From Candidatus Oxydemutatoraceae bacterium (GTDB lineage Bacteria > Pseudomonadota > Gammaproteobacteria > Poriferisulfidales > Oxydemutatoraceae): a stretch of DNA of 64,000 nt. The position numbers and the translations under genes were made by a program. Numbering within the stretch: the stretch's first letter is position 1; every line of letters begins with the position of its first letter. The stretch covers positions 1,994,585 through 2,058,584 of the forward strand of contig OZ244779.1 of the NCBI GenBank assembly GCA_965219575.1. Reading direction: 5' to 3'. This document shows, in pieces, positions 37,342-46,550 of the stretch. Below the pieces are notes generated by a model, which was not told where the DNA came from, ran no database searches, and saw nothing but the letters and a program-made list of their open reading frames with translations.

Positions 37342-37559
37342 GGCTTTTTTTTGCCTCCTTTACCTAGGAGCTTACCGCCTTTCATTAGACCGCCGCCTTT
37401 CATCAGACTGCCGCCTTTCATCAGACCGCCGCCTCTCATCAGACCACCGCCTCTCATCAGACCACCGCCTCTTCTCAGACCGCCGCCCATCAATCCACCA
37501 CCACCGGATCTGCCTAGAAACCTAGATAGCAAACGAAATAACATAAACATTCCTCTCAT
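37338..37559 (-). CDS. Gly/Met-rich repeat peptide (GGGLM[RK] x7), translationally coupled to the FGE-domain gene
   Basis: GGAGGA Shine-Dalgarno 7 nt upstream of the ATG. Its stop overlaps the FGE start (ATGA). 18-bp tandem DNA repeats. Confidence 0.45.
   Translation of the reverse strand: MRGMFMLFRLLSRFLGRSGGGGLMGGGLRRGGGLMRGGGLMRGGGLMKGGSLMKGGGLMKGGKLLGKGGKKKP
37381..37500. repeat. 18-bp tandem repeat x about 7 (TTTCATCAGACCGCCGCC consensus)
   Basis: Direct inspection. Open in two frames on opposite strands (Gly-rich on the minus strand, Pro-rich on the plus strand). Confidence 0.85.
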
Positions 37560-37599
37560 AATTTTTCCTCCGCGCTTTTATCGTAAATCTATTGTAAAC

Positions 37600-37807
37600 A
37601 GATTGGCAGCAAAAGAGTGACTGCACAAACTGCCACTTCGTCAGGCGAAGCCTGCCACCCTAAGGGCGGACATACAAGTCCGCCCCTACAGGTGGATTGG
37701 ATAATTATACGGCGCATAGCGGTTGGGTTCGTGCAGAACGGTACTTTTTCAACAGCCCCAATGTACCGACACTGTACTTGTGCAGACACACCACAACCGC
37801 CTCGTAT
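37600..37807. repeat. Mosaic palindromic-unit array
   Basis: GGGCGGACATACAAGTCCGCCCCTAC plus the GGTACTTTTTCAACAGCCCC junction motif. Confidence 0.8.
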
Positions 37808-39550
37808 TTATGCGGTATTTCCGATGAATCTGCGCAACACGCCGAACAGTAGCAACAACGCGGCAAAACCATAGAATAGGAGTGCTTCGTTTTCCTTTCT
37901 ATAAGGGACGCTGGGATAATGCGTCATCACCTGCGTTTGGGCAACGGTTACGCTGTTTTGATCGGCTGCAAACCGCAAACTACCGTCTCGATTGATCGCC
38001 GCATAAACGAAAGCGAGCAGATAATCGTCCCTTTGCGGTGATACGATAGTTGCAATACGCCACCGATATTGATCGGGGTCGGCTTGTTTGCGAGGCAACA
38101 AAATAATACCGTCCTTGTCTAGGTTTATTTTTAAGCCCTTGTAAATTGCCGGATAAAGTCCCACATGCATTCTAACGACGGCATCCCCGGGCAATTCGGG
38201 AAAAGGCATTTGTTGCGGATTATTCAACAGCAAGGCATTTTCCAGCAGTTGGTTCGGATGCACCGCCAGTGCCGTCACATCGTTATCCTCGGTTTGCTGC
38301 TCCACATACAAAGGATTTTTATCGGCACCGGATGTCGGGAACATCACGCTTTTAAGATACTCGTAGAAGTTGAGCTCCTCGTCACTCAATGCCGGCATCA
38401 TTGCCGCAGGTAGCAATATGTCGTCTGCAAACTTGAAATTTTGTAGCATTAAATAATTTCCCTCACCGACAGCGCGTTGTGCTTTTTCCATAAATTGAAA
38501 GAGTGCCGCTAAAATGTTTACATATTCTAGTTCCTCGCCGCTTTCGTCGCCCTCCGACATATTGAGATATACATATTCCTGTTCTTTCTCCGAAGACGAC
38601 TTTGCCGAAGACGGCGTTGCGGTTCTAAACCGCATAACGCTCGGGAAATCACTACTTTGGTTGCCTCGCCCCAAGCTCTCGGCCATCATTTTCGATAACG
38701 CATCGAACATCTCGTCGGCAGGTTCGTCCGATCCTTCCCCACTATACTCTTCGCTTTGAGAGTCGGCATTCTCGGCATCGTAAGCGAGATCGTCGAAGGG
38801 ATAATTTTCATCGCTGGTCACCGCACCGAGCGAAATATCGGCAGGCATATCCTCCCATATATTCTCGTTATTGCCTCCCTCGCCTTCGTTTTCGTTTTCT
38901 CTAAACTGCTCGGAGTTGCCCGGTTGTTCCGAGGCATTTTCGCTTGTTTCATCGGATGCGGCAATGGCTTCTCCCGGACCGGGTTCGCTCTTGTTGTCAT
39001 CTTCTACGGCATTACCGTCATAACCGATGAAGTGCCAATGGCGAGGCATCGGCCCGTAATCTCCGATGATAGACATAGTCAAATAAAACGTACGGATATC
39101 GTAAATATCTATGCGTATATAACTTCTTTGTATAGGATTCATCTTTGCCAAAAATTCATCGAACGCATTATCGGGTTGCAGTAACTCATCGCGACTGAAT
39201 CTCTGCTTGGTGTAATAGTCCTGTATATAATTGGAGTGCAGTTCGATAATCGGCATAATAGAAGGATGCGGATTGGCATCCATAGGACTGTTGACATAAT
39301 CGTGTAGCCTGGCCGGCTGAGAAGTGGGCAGACCGTTCATCACCACCGAGGTTGCCAAATCGCGGCTGAGCAATACCGATATATCTTCTACTTCGCTGAT
39401 ACGCGCCTCTTCTTGTTCGTGCTCGATCATCATCGTAAGCACGATCAAGATGATGATCATCGCAACGCTGTTTGCCAGAATGTCGGCCAATGCAATGCCG
39501 GCAAAGCCGGGAAGTAGGCTTCCTTTTCGTGATTGCGCCGCCGTTGCCAT
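37808..39550 (-). CDS. Large hypothetical membrane protein with N- and C-terminal TM segments and an acidic low-complexity centre
   Basis: N-terminal GFAGIALADILANSVAMIIILIVL (TolR/MotB-like TM with Asp). Central stretch of E/D/S/N-rich low complexity. C-terminal LLFYGFAALLLLFGVL. Confidence 0.5.
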   Translation of the reverse strand: MATAAQSRKGSLLPGFAGIALADILANSVAMIIILIVLTMMIEHEQEEARISEVEDISVLLSRDLATSVVMNGLPTSQPARLHDYVNSPMDANPHPSIMPIIELHSNYIQDYYTKQRFSRDELLQPDNAFDEFLAKMNPIQRSYIRIDIYDIRTFYLTMSIIGDYGPMPRHWHFIGYDGNAVEDDNKSEPGPGEAIAASDETSENASEQPGNSEQFRENENEGEGGNNENIWEDMPADISLGAVTSDENYPFDDLAYDAENADSQSEEYSGEGSDEPADEMFDALSKMMAESLGRGNQSSDFPSVMRFRTATPSSAKSSSEKEQEYVYLNMSEGDESGEELEYVNILAALFQFMEKAQRAVGEGNYLMLQNFKFADDILLPAAMMPALSDEELNFYEYLKSVMFPTSGADKNPLYVEQQTEDNDVTALAVHPNQLLENALLLNNPQQMPFPELPGDAVVRMHVGLYPAIYKGLKINLDKDGIILLPRKQADPDQYRWRIATIVSPQRDDYLLAFVYAAINRDGSLRFAADQNSVTVAQTQVMTHYPSVPYRKENEALLFYGFAALLLLFGVLRRFIGNTA

Positions 39551-39554
39551 CGCG

Positions 39555-40079
39555 TTACTGCCGCTTGATAACGCGATCTATATAAGGCGGGATATCGTCG
39601 AGCGAAACCGACTTTAATAATTCGCGATCGGCGATAATCCAGCCTATGGTCAATCTATCTCGTATCGTAGGCATTGTCAGACGCATACATTCTCGGGCTA
39701 TTGCCATCGTTCTGACACTGCCTTCCATGATGATAAAGATGAGTTGCTGTTTGGGCTTACCGTAAATCTTTCTGGCGTAGCTCGCAAAAGGACTGTTGGG
39801 CGCGCAAATCTGGTCTTGTTTTAAGACATCGCCGCTCTCTACGATGCGCAACTCGTCGGGAAAAGTCAGTATGGAATAACCGGTGCCTTGCACACCCCAA
39901 CTCACTTTGTAATCCCCTTCGTTGTTTATCCCTTCCAAACGCTCCTGCAACGAGAGCTGAGAAAAAGTGTTTATCAGTATAAATAAAACCAATAGCAGAG
40001 CAAAAACACCGCCGAAAATCTCAACCATCGGCGCGTTGTTCTTCTCTTGATCTTTGAGGCTATCGTGACGACGAATCAT
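39555..40079 (-). CDS. ExbD/TolR-like small membrane protein
   Basis: PMVEIFGGVFALLLVLFILI (TM with an acidic residue), then a periplasmic domain. Operon position between the MotA-like gene and the large protein. Confidence 0.45.
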   Translation of the reverse strand: MIRRHDSLKDQEKNNAPMVEIFGGVFALLLVLFILINTFSQLSLQERLEGINNEGDYKVSWGVQGTGYSILTFPDELRIVESGDVLKQDQICAPNSPFASYARKIYGKPKQQLIFIIMEGSVRTMAIARECMRLTMPTIRDRLTIGWIIADRELLKSVSLDDIPPYIDRVIKRQ

Positions 40080-40085
40080 TTCATC

Positions 40086-41126
40086 TTAAGGTCTAACGGC
40101 GAGTATCCGGTTTTCGTAGTTCGTTAGCAGATTGTTCTCCCATCGCTGTATGATGGTTTGTAACAAGGTCAGCACGATGCTCAAAGACAATGCAATCAAT
40201 GTTGTATCAAACGCAATTCCCAGCGGGGCTATCGCATCGCCCAACTGATTAGAGAGATTGGCCAAGCCTTGCTGCTCGCCGATAATCTTTTGTATGCCGT
40301 CGGATGCAAGCGAGATACCATAGACAGTGCCTATAAAACCCAAAATAGGAATAGACCAATTGAAATAACGAGGCAAAATATAGAAATCCGCCGACTTTTT
40401 CCAGATCAAATCGATATAGGTATCCTTCGTTACGGCATTCCGATCATCGAGCAAGCGATGGTAAGTGCGCATCAACAACGAGCGGTCGGGCTTGTTGATC
40501 AGTCGCTGCTCGTTCCATAGCGTATAGCTCTTGCTTAGCAACAGGATCAGACCCCAGCAGAACAATAAAATAGTGAGCGGCGGTATAAATCCACGATCTA
40601 AGAACTTATTCGTCACTACTATTAGATCCGGATAACGAACCGCAGTGTTATAAATCATCAGCAGTATCGTCGTAGATAAGATAGTTGCAACCGCCAATGT
40701 CAGCACTAGGGGGGGACCCGAGAGTATCGATTCAAGTTTGCGCACCAAATCCTGCTGATATTCGGAGGAGGTGTTATGGTTGAGTAATATATAAAATATA
40801 TACAAACCAATGACCGAACTCAATAACGGCAAAGACTTCTCGGGCGTATAACCGTCGGATAGCAAAACCTGATTATTGAGCAACGGGATAAATACCTGAT
40901 AAGTAACGATCAGGCTGATAGCAATCAAAGACAATAATATTAAAAAGCTCAACAGCTTGAGCATCGTCTGTTGTTTTAACATCAGTCCGACAACCGACAA
41001 TAGAGCAATCGCTAGACCTACTCCCAAACCGTTGTTCGCAGAGTAGCCTATGTTAATGCCCAAACTGACAAACGCGGCGGGGAATAGTACAAACGATGTG
41101 ATAATAATGATAATTTGGTTCAACAT
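40086..41126 (-). CDS. MotA/TolQ/ExbB-family proton-channel protein with extra N-terminal TM segments
   Basis: C-terminal IPILGFIGTVYGISLA...LGIAFDTTLIALSLSIVLTL matches the conserved MotA/TolQ/ExbB TM pair. Confidence 0.6.
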   Translation of the reverse strand: MLNQIIIIITSFVLFPAAFVSLGINIGYSANNGLGVGLAIALLSVVGLMLKQQTMLKLLSFLILLSLIAISLIVTYQVFIPLLNNQVLLSDGYTPEKSLPLLSSVIGLYIFYILLNHNTSSEYQQDLVRKLESILSGPPLVLTLAVATILSTTILLMIYNTAVRYPDLIVVTNKFLDRGFIPPLTILLFCWGLILLLSKSYTLWNEQRLINKPDRSLLMRTYHRLLDDRNAVTKDTYIDLIWKKSADFYILPRYFNWSIPILGFIGTVYGISLASDGIQKIIGEQQGLANLSNQLGDAIAPLGIAFDTTLIALSLSIVLTLLQTIIQRWENNLLTNYENRILAVRP

Positions 41127-41194
41127 AGCAATACAAGTATTTTATATAAAGTTTCGGATGGGAAACTAGATTATAATACATTCTATGGCTATCG

Positions 41195-41797
41195 GTGTGC
41201 GTTATGATAAAAATTATTCCCTTAAAAAATTTAACTAATCATTTTATTAAAGGGTATGCTCTGTATCCGCCTTTTCCTGAGGATACCCGAACGGCAATTT
41301 TCGCACTCGGGTGCTTTTGGGGCGCAGAGCGTTGCTTCTGGCAAAAACCGGAAGTTCATCTAACCGCAGTGGGCTATGCCGGCGGAGCGACTGCCAACCC
41401 CGACTATCGGGCGGTGTGTGGCGGTAATACCGGACATACCGAGAGCGTGCTGGTCGTGTATCACGACAATCAAAACACCGATACGCATAGTGTCTACGAA
41501 AAACTGCTCAAGATTTTTTGGGAAACTCACGACCCGACCCAAGGCATGCGACAAGGCAACGACATCGGTAGTCAATACCGCTCCGCGATATTTTGCTTCG
41601 ACGACCCGCAATACCAACTAGCACTAAAAACATGTGAAGCCTATCAAGCCCGTCTAAACCGATCGGGCTACGGACAGATTACAACCGAAATCATTCGCAC
41701 CGCAGATTTTTACTACGCAGAAGATTACCACCAACAATATCTCGCCAAGAACCCCGGCGGCTATTGCGGCTTGGGCGGCACCGGCGTTTGCTTGTAA
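41195..41797 (+). CDS. msrA: Peptide methionine sulfoxide reductase A
   Basis: [16 protein letters not shown] (GCFWG active site). Confidence 0.88.
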   Translation: MCVMIKIIPLKNLTNHFIKGYALYPPFPEDTRTAIFALGCFWGAERCFWQKPEVHLTAVGYAGGATANPDYRAVCGGNTGHTESVLVVYHDNQNTDTHSVYEKLLKIFWETHDPTQGMRQGNDIGSQYRSAIFCFDDPQYQLALKTCEAYQARLNRSGYGQITTEIIRTADFYYAEDYHQQYLAKNPGGYCGLGGTGVCL

Positions 41798-41817
41798 ATT
41801 GGGTCTTTCACAAAGCA

Positions 41818-42876
41818 TTAGCCGCAGCGAACGCTATATTTAAGATAGTGATATGTAGTATGCGCACAAGGTGGAGTAACTACTCGCAGCTTCATTCGCC
41901 GATATTTGTATAGCACCCAGGGAATCTGGTCTATTGCCAGAATGTGCGGGGCAAGTGCCGCGTACTTCCATTTCATTGCAGACGCTTGATTTACCAAATA
42001 GGCCGTAGCCGAGTAAGGTATATATATCGGTTCGCCGATACGATGATTCTCGTTTATCGGTTGCAAACTAGTTTTGCGAGGTGCTGCACCGAGCTGAATC
42101 AAACTATGAAGTATTAGAGGTCCGTACAGTATTCTATACGTCTTCCTAAAATATCTACTTTCAGTCCGAGGTGAAAAGAGTTTATTTGAAATGATTGTTT
42201 TTATAATCTCCTCTTGTTTTGTTTCATACTCTTCAAGAATTTGTTCGATTCTTTGCGACTGCTTAGGGTATAGATCGGAATCGATACTATAATGCTCTAA
42301 TAGTTGTTTTATTTGGTGAACTCTTTTTCGACTTTTCAATGATAATAAAGATCCGATAGCCGTACTTAAAAATGATAAATAATTGAACTTAGGCTTTCTC
42401 TCTACTAATCTTTCTAAATAAGACCAGTTGGTGGGTTGACTAACAAGCAGCAATATATCCCATTCCAACTTGGGAGCCATTTTGAGAACCTCGGGGAAAG
42501 TCGGCAATAACACCGCATCGTCTTCTAGTATGCATGCCTGCTCAATACCATTTTTGACCATCGAGTCATAAATTTTAATATGGCTTAATATGATAGCAAT
42601 CTGACCTAGGTTGGCACTTTTCCAGTTTTTGTCTTCCTCGGTTTTCGCATGATCGATGATTGCAGTATATTTGTTTTCTAAAAGAGATTCGTCAATGTCT
42701 AATGATTGCGCAATCCGCATGCGATATGCTTTTGATTCCAGCTCATATTTATCAATATCGTCTACCTCTACAAATTCATACTTCAGACCAAAAGGATCTA
42801 ATTGTCTTTGTATATGTAACCTACGCTCGGGGTTACGCTTTAGATTGATAACATAGATAGGAAGAGAAGTTGTCAT
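41818..42876 (-). CDS. Family-25 glycosyltransferase (LPS/LOS beta-1,4-galactosyltransferase-like)
   Basis: IYVINLKRNPERRLHIQRQL, the GT25 N-terminal signature. Confidence 0.65.
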   Translation of the reverse strand: MTTSLPIYVINLKRNPERRLHIQRQLDPFGLKYEFVEVDDIDKYELESKAYRMRIAQSLDIDESLLENKYTAIIDHAKTEEDKNWKSANLGQIAIILSHIKIYDSMVKNGIEQACILEDDAVLLPTFPEVLKMAPKLEWDILLLVSQPTNWSYLERLVERKPKFNYLSFLSTAIGSLLSLKSRKRVHQIKQLLEHYSIDSDLYPKQSQRIEQILEEYETKQEEIIKTIISNKLFSPRTESRYFRKTYRILYGPLILHSLIQLGAAPRKTSLQPINENHRIGEPIYIPYSATAYLVNQASAMKWKYAALAPHILAIDQIPWVLYKYRRMKLRVVTPPCAHTTYHYLKYSVRCG

Positions 42877-43520
42877 TATGATTGTTCAAAATTAGAATTC
42901 GCTTTGCATTATAAAATATCTCCGACAGTAAGTGCTACATAAAAGGCGATATTCCCCTCCTTTGGAGGGGTGGCAGGCGCAGCCTGACGGGGTGGTCGTG
43001 GCGTGGGGGCTGTTGAAAAAGTATCCACGAACCGTAGGGGCGGACTTGCATGTCCGCCCATGACGCGTTGGTCGGCACGATTTATACATTCATTCACCCG
43101 ATTTATGGAAACCAAAACCATGCGGCGCAAGCGGTTGGTGTCGTGCAGAACGGTACTTAAGGGCAGACACACAGGTCTGCCCCTACAGGTGGGTTGGATA
43201 ATTATGTGGCGCAAAGCGGTTGCAATTGTGCAAACACAGTACTTTTTCAACAGCCCCCGGGGTCTTGCACAATGTCACGCCAATTGACCTACTGGCTCAA
43301 TCGGCGGCTCTGTTCTACCTGTAACGCGTTGCGCCTGTACAATTTATACATTTATTCATCCAATTTATGGAAACTAAAACCATACGGCGTAAGCGATTAC
43401 GGCTGTGAAGAACGACACTTTAGGGCAGACACATAAGTCTGCTCCTACAGGTGGGTTGGATAATTATGCGGCGCATAGCGGTTGGGTTCGTGCAGAACAG
43501 TACTTTTTCAACAGCCCCAG
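42877..43520. repeat. Mosaic palindromic-unit array (long)
   Basis: Multiple GGGCGGAC/GGGCAGAC hairpins, CCCCTCC..GGAGGGG, GCCAATTGACC..CAATCGGC. Confidence 0.8.
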
Positions 43521-43547
43521 CGTGCCTGTACTGATCGAATTCATTTT

Positions 43548-43609
43548 TACTCAATGTAATGAGTATTTTTACTCAATATATTGAGTATTTTTACTCAATG
43601 CATTGAGTA
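43548..43609. promoter_or_regulatory. Three tandem 18-bp palindromes TACTCAAT-NN-ATTGAGTA at 22-bp spacing, 30-90 bp upstream of the ATPase gene
   Basis: 43548-43565 (imperfect), 43570-43587 and 43592-43609 (both perfect), each preceded by TTTT(T). Confidence 0.6.
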
Positions 43610-43638
43610 TTTTTATATTTCTGTGCTATGCTTAGCTC

Positions 43639-44826
43639 ATGGAAGGATTAAAACATAGAAGACCTCAATTTAAGACCTTAAAAAACCGCCTCAGAGAACC
43701 TAGGCGATTTATACAATGCCTTTTAGGTCCTAGACAAATAGGAAAAACTACACTCATCCGACAAATCCTAAAAACCTTCTCCTCTAAAAGTTCCCTTTAT
43801 TTCAGTGCCGACGACCCCGCCATGCAAAGCCACGAGTGGATTCGTCAAAAATGGCTGGAAGCTAGGCTTTTAGAAAAGCAATATAAAAAGGATATCGTGC
43901 TCGTCTTTGACGAGATTCAAAAAATCGCTTCGTGGTCGGATGTGGTGAAATCTCTTTGGGACGAGGACACACGAACACGGACGAAAATCAAAGTTGCCAT
44001 CTTAGGTTCATCTCCCCTGCTACTACAAAAAGGTCTCACCGAAAGTCTTGCCGGACGCTTTGAGGTTTTAAGGCTGGGGCATTGGTCTTTTGCCGAAATG
44101 AAAAAAGCTTTCGGCTTCGGCATCGACGAATACATCTATTATGGAGCCTACCCGGGTGCTGCCGCCTTGATTGACGACGAAGTACGATGGCGAGACTATA
44201 TCGTCAACGCCTTAGCCGAAACCGTTTTATCGAAAGATATCTTATTGCATCATCAAATCAATAAGCCTGCTTTGTTGAGACAACTCTATGCCCTCGCCAC
44301 CCAATACTCGGGACAAATTCTCTCTTTTCAAAAAATGCTGGGGCAGCTTCACGACGCAGGCAATACCACAACCCTCGCACACTACTTGGAGCTACTTTCT
44401 ATGGCCGGTCTCGTCTCGGGACTTCAAAAATTCTCTTCCAACACATTGAGAAAAAGACTCTCAAGCCCCAAACTTCAAGTCCAAAATACTGCCCTTATAA
44501 CAAGCTCGCTGGGAGAAAATTTTAGTAACATAAAAGAAACCACGCACTGGGGACGAATAGTAGAGTCTTGCGTGGGGGCTTACCTTTGGAACCTATGCTT
44601 TGAGGAGGGCGGAGAGCTTTACTATTGGAATGAGCAAGCCAAAGAAGTCGACTTCGTACTGAAGAGAAACAACAAAGTAATTGCAATAGAAGTGAAAAGC
44701 GGACACAAAACCGGGCACCTCAAAAGTTTAGAAACCTTTCGCAAAAAACACACACCCGACGAAACACTCGTCGTAGGTGGAGAGGGAATCCCGCTTACAG
44801 ACTTTCTGAACGGGAGAGCATTTTAG
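43639..44826 (+). CDS. AAA-domain ATPase (DUF4143 family)
   Basis: LLGPRQIGKTTLIRQIL (Walker A), LVFDEIQKI (Walker B), and a C-terminal DUF4143-like region. Confidence 0.7.
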   Translation: MEGLKHRRPQFKTLKNRLREPRRFIQCLLGPRQIGKTTLIRQILKTFSSKSSLYFSADDPAMQSHEWIRQKWLEARLLEKQYKKDIVLVFDEIQKIASWSDVVKSLWDEDTRTRTKIKVAILGSSPLLLQKGLTESLAGRFEVLRLGHWSFAEMKKAFGFGIDEYIYYGAYPGAAALIDDEVRWRDYIVNALAETVLSKDILLHHQINKPALLRQLYALATQYSGQILSFQKMLGQLHDAGNTTTLAHYLELLSMAGLVSGLQKFSSNTLRKRLSSPKLQVQNTALITSSLGENFSNIKETTHWGRIVESCVGAYLWNLCFEEGGELYYWNEQAKEVDFVLKRNNKVIAIEVKSGHKTGHLKSLETFRKKHTPDETLVVGGEGIPLTDFLNGRAF

Positions 44827-45088
44827 CCTTTTCATGGGATGGTCGCAGTGTGGGGCTGTTGAAAAAGTGCAGGCATTGCACAAATCCAACCGCTGTGCGC
44901 CATTAAATTTATGATAACCACCTGTAGGGGCAGTATAAAGCCGCCGATTGAGCCGGTAGGTCAATCGGCAGTTTAATGAAGTCCGCCCCTACAACTTTAT
45001 GGAATATTTTTTCAACAGCCCCAGCGTATCTGCACAAGCTAATTCCCTTCCTTTGGAGAGGAATGTGCGCCCGACGCTAATGGCTGTT
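44827..45088. repeat. Mosaic palindromic-unit array
   Basis: GCCGATTGAGCCGGTAGGTCAATCGGC, GTCCGCCCCTAC, TTCCCTTCCTTTGGAGAGGAA. Confidence 0.8.
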
Positions 45089-46063
45089 TTATAACCCTGC
45101 CTGTATTAGGTCGTGCATGTTGATGGCACCGACGAGTTCGGTGTCTCGGTCAAAGACCGGCAGTGCATTGACTTTCTTTGCTTGCATCAGTTGCAGGGCT
45201 TCTATCGCCAAGGTGTTCGGTTTGACCGATTGGTAGGGGTGGGTCATGAGTTGGTCTATGGGGGTTTTCAAGAGTTCGGTGTTGCGGTTTAGTGTGCGCC
45301 TTAAATCGCCGTCGGTGAAAACACCGACGACTTGATCCGCCTCACCGATAACGAGCGTCATGCCCATACCTTTAGCCGATATTTCGTATAAGGCATCCAC
45401 CAACAGGGTTGACGAAGCCACCTTAGGGACGGCATCACCGGTGCGGACTAGGTCGCCGACTTTGAGCAGTAACTTTCTACCCAAATGACCGCCGGGATGT
45501 GCGCGGGCAAAATCTTGGGTGGTAAAGCCTTTATTCTGCAATAGTGCTATTGCAAGCGCATCACCCATCGCAAGGGCGGCAACGGTGCTTGCGGTAGGTG
45601 CCAAACCCAACGGACACGCTTCTTGTTCTACGCGAGTATTCAAACAAACATCGACGGCGCGTCCCAATGTAGAGTCCGGCGTGCCGGTCAAGGCGATCGT
45701 TTTGATTGCGATGTGCTTAAACGAGGGTAGCAAATTATTGATCTCTTCGGTCTCCCCCGAATAGGAAATGATGACGGCAACATCTTGGCTATCGATCATA
45801 CCCAAGTCGCCGTGACTTGCTTCGGCAGGATGCAGATAAAATGCTTTGCTGCCGGTGCTGGATAAAGTAGAGCTGATTTTGTTTGCGATATGACCGGATT
45901 TGCCGATGCCGATTAAGATAATACGTCCGCGACATTCTATTAGGCAGCGACACGCAGCGACAAACTTTTGGTCGATTTGTGAACGAAGTTTTTGTATTGC
46001 GCCCGCCTCTATATCCAATACCTCTAAGGCAAGTTGTTTAATTTTGTCCGAGTTGAGTTCCAT
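45089..46063 (-). CDS. kdsD: Arabinose-5-phosphate isomerase (SIS plus two CBS domains)
   Basis: GIGKSGHIANKISSTLSSTGSKAFYLHPAEASHGDLGMI; near-collinear with E. coli KdsD. Confidence 0.88.
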   Translation of the reverse strand: MELNSDKIKQLALEVLDIEAGAIQKLRSQIDQKFVAACRCLIECRGRIILIGIGKSGHIANKISSTLSSTGSKAFYLHPAEASHGDLGMIDSQDVAVIISYSGETEEINNLLPSFKHIAIKTIALTGTPDSTLGRAVDVCLNTRVEQEACPLGLAPTASTVAALAMGDALAIALLQNKGFTTQDFARAHPGGHLGRKLLLKVGDLVRTGDAVPKVASSTLLVDALYEISAKGMGMTLVIGEADQVVGVFTDGDLRRTLNRNTELLKTPIDQLMTHPYQSVKPNTLAIEALQLMQAKKVNALPVFDRDTELVGAINMHDLIQAGL

Positions 46064-46550
46064 TCGATTAGCCTATCTTGTCGCTGGATTTTATCATAAT
46101 GAGGCAGATGTAGGTTTTTGAAAGAATACTGTTTGCAAGGATAATGTGTTTACCCACCAAATTTATTTTAACTACCGTAGGGGAATGTGCTTGTGCAAAT
46201 ACGCGGGGACTGTTGAAAAAGTATCCACGAACCGTAGGGGCGGACTGGCATGTCCGCCCGTAGCGCGTTGGTCGCCACGATTTATACATTCATCCACCCG
46301 ATTTATGGAAACCAAAACCATACGGCGCAAGCGGTTCCAGCCGTGCAGGACGGTACTTTAGGGCAGACATCACAGTTGCCGATTGACCTACCGGCTCAAT
46401 CGGCGGCTTTATACTGCCCCTACGGCTTGGTGGTTATTATAAATTCACGGCGCAAGCGGTTACGGTTGCACGCTGACGATACTTTTTCAACAGCCTCACG
46501 CCGCGACCACCCCGTCAGGCTGCGCCTGCCACCCCTCCAAAGGAGGGGAA
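46064..46550. repeat. Mosaic palindromic-unit array
   Basis: Shared modules. Confidence 0.8.

Noticed and set aside
37351-37620. Plus-strand proline-rich ORF across the 18-bp repeat
   Set aside because: It has no RBS and starts inside the antisense of the FGE gene. The minus-strand Gly-rich reading has a strong SD and stop-start coupling. It is kept as a finding because the ambiguity is itself notable.
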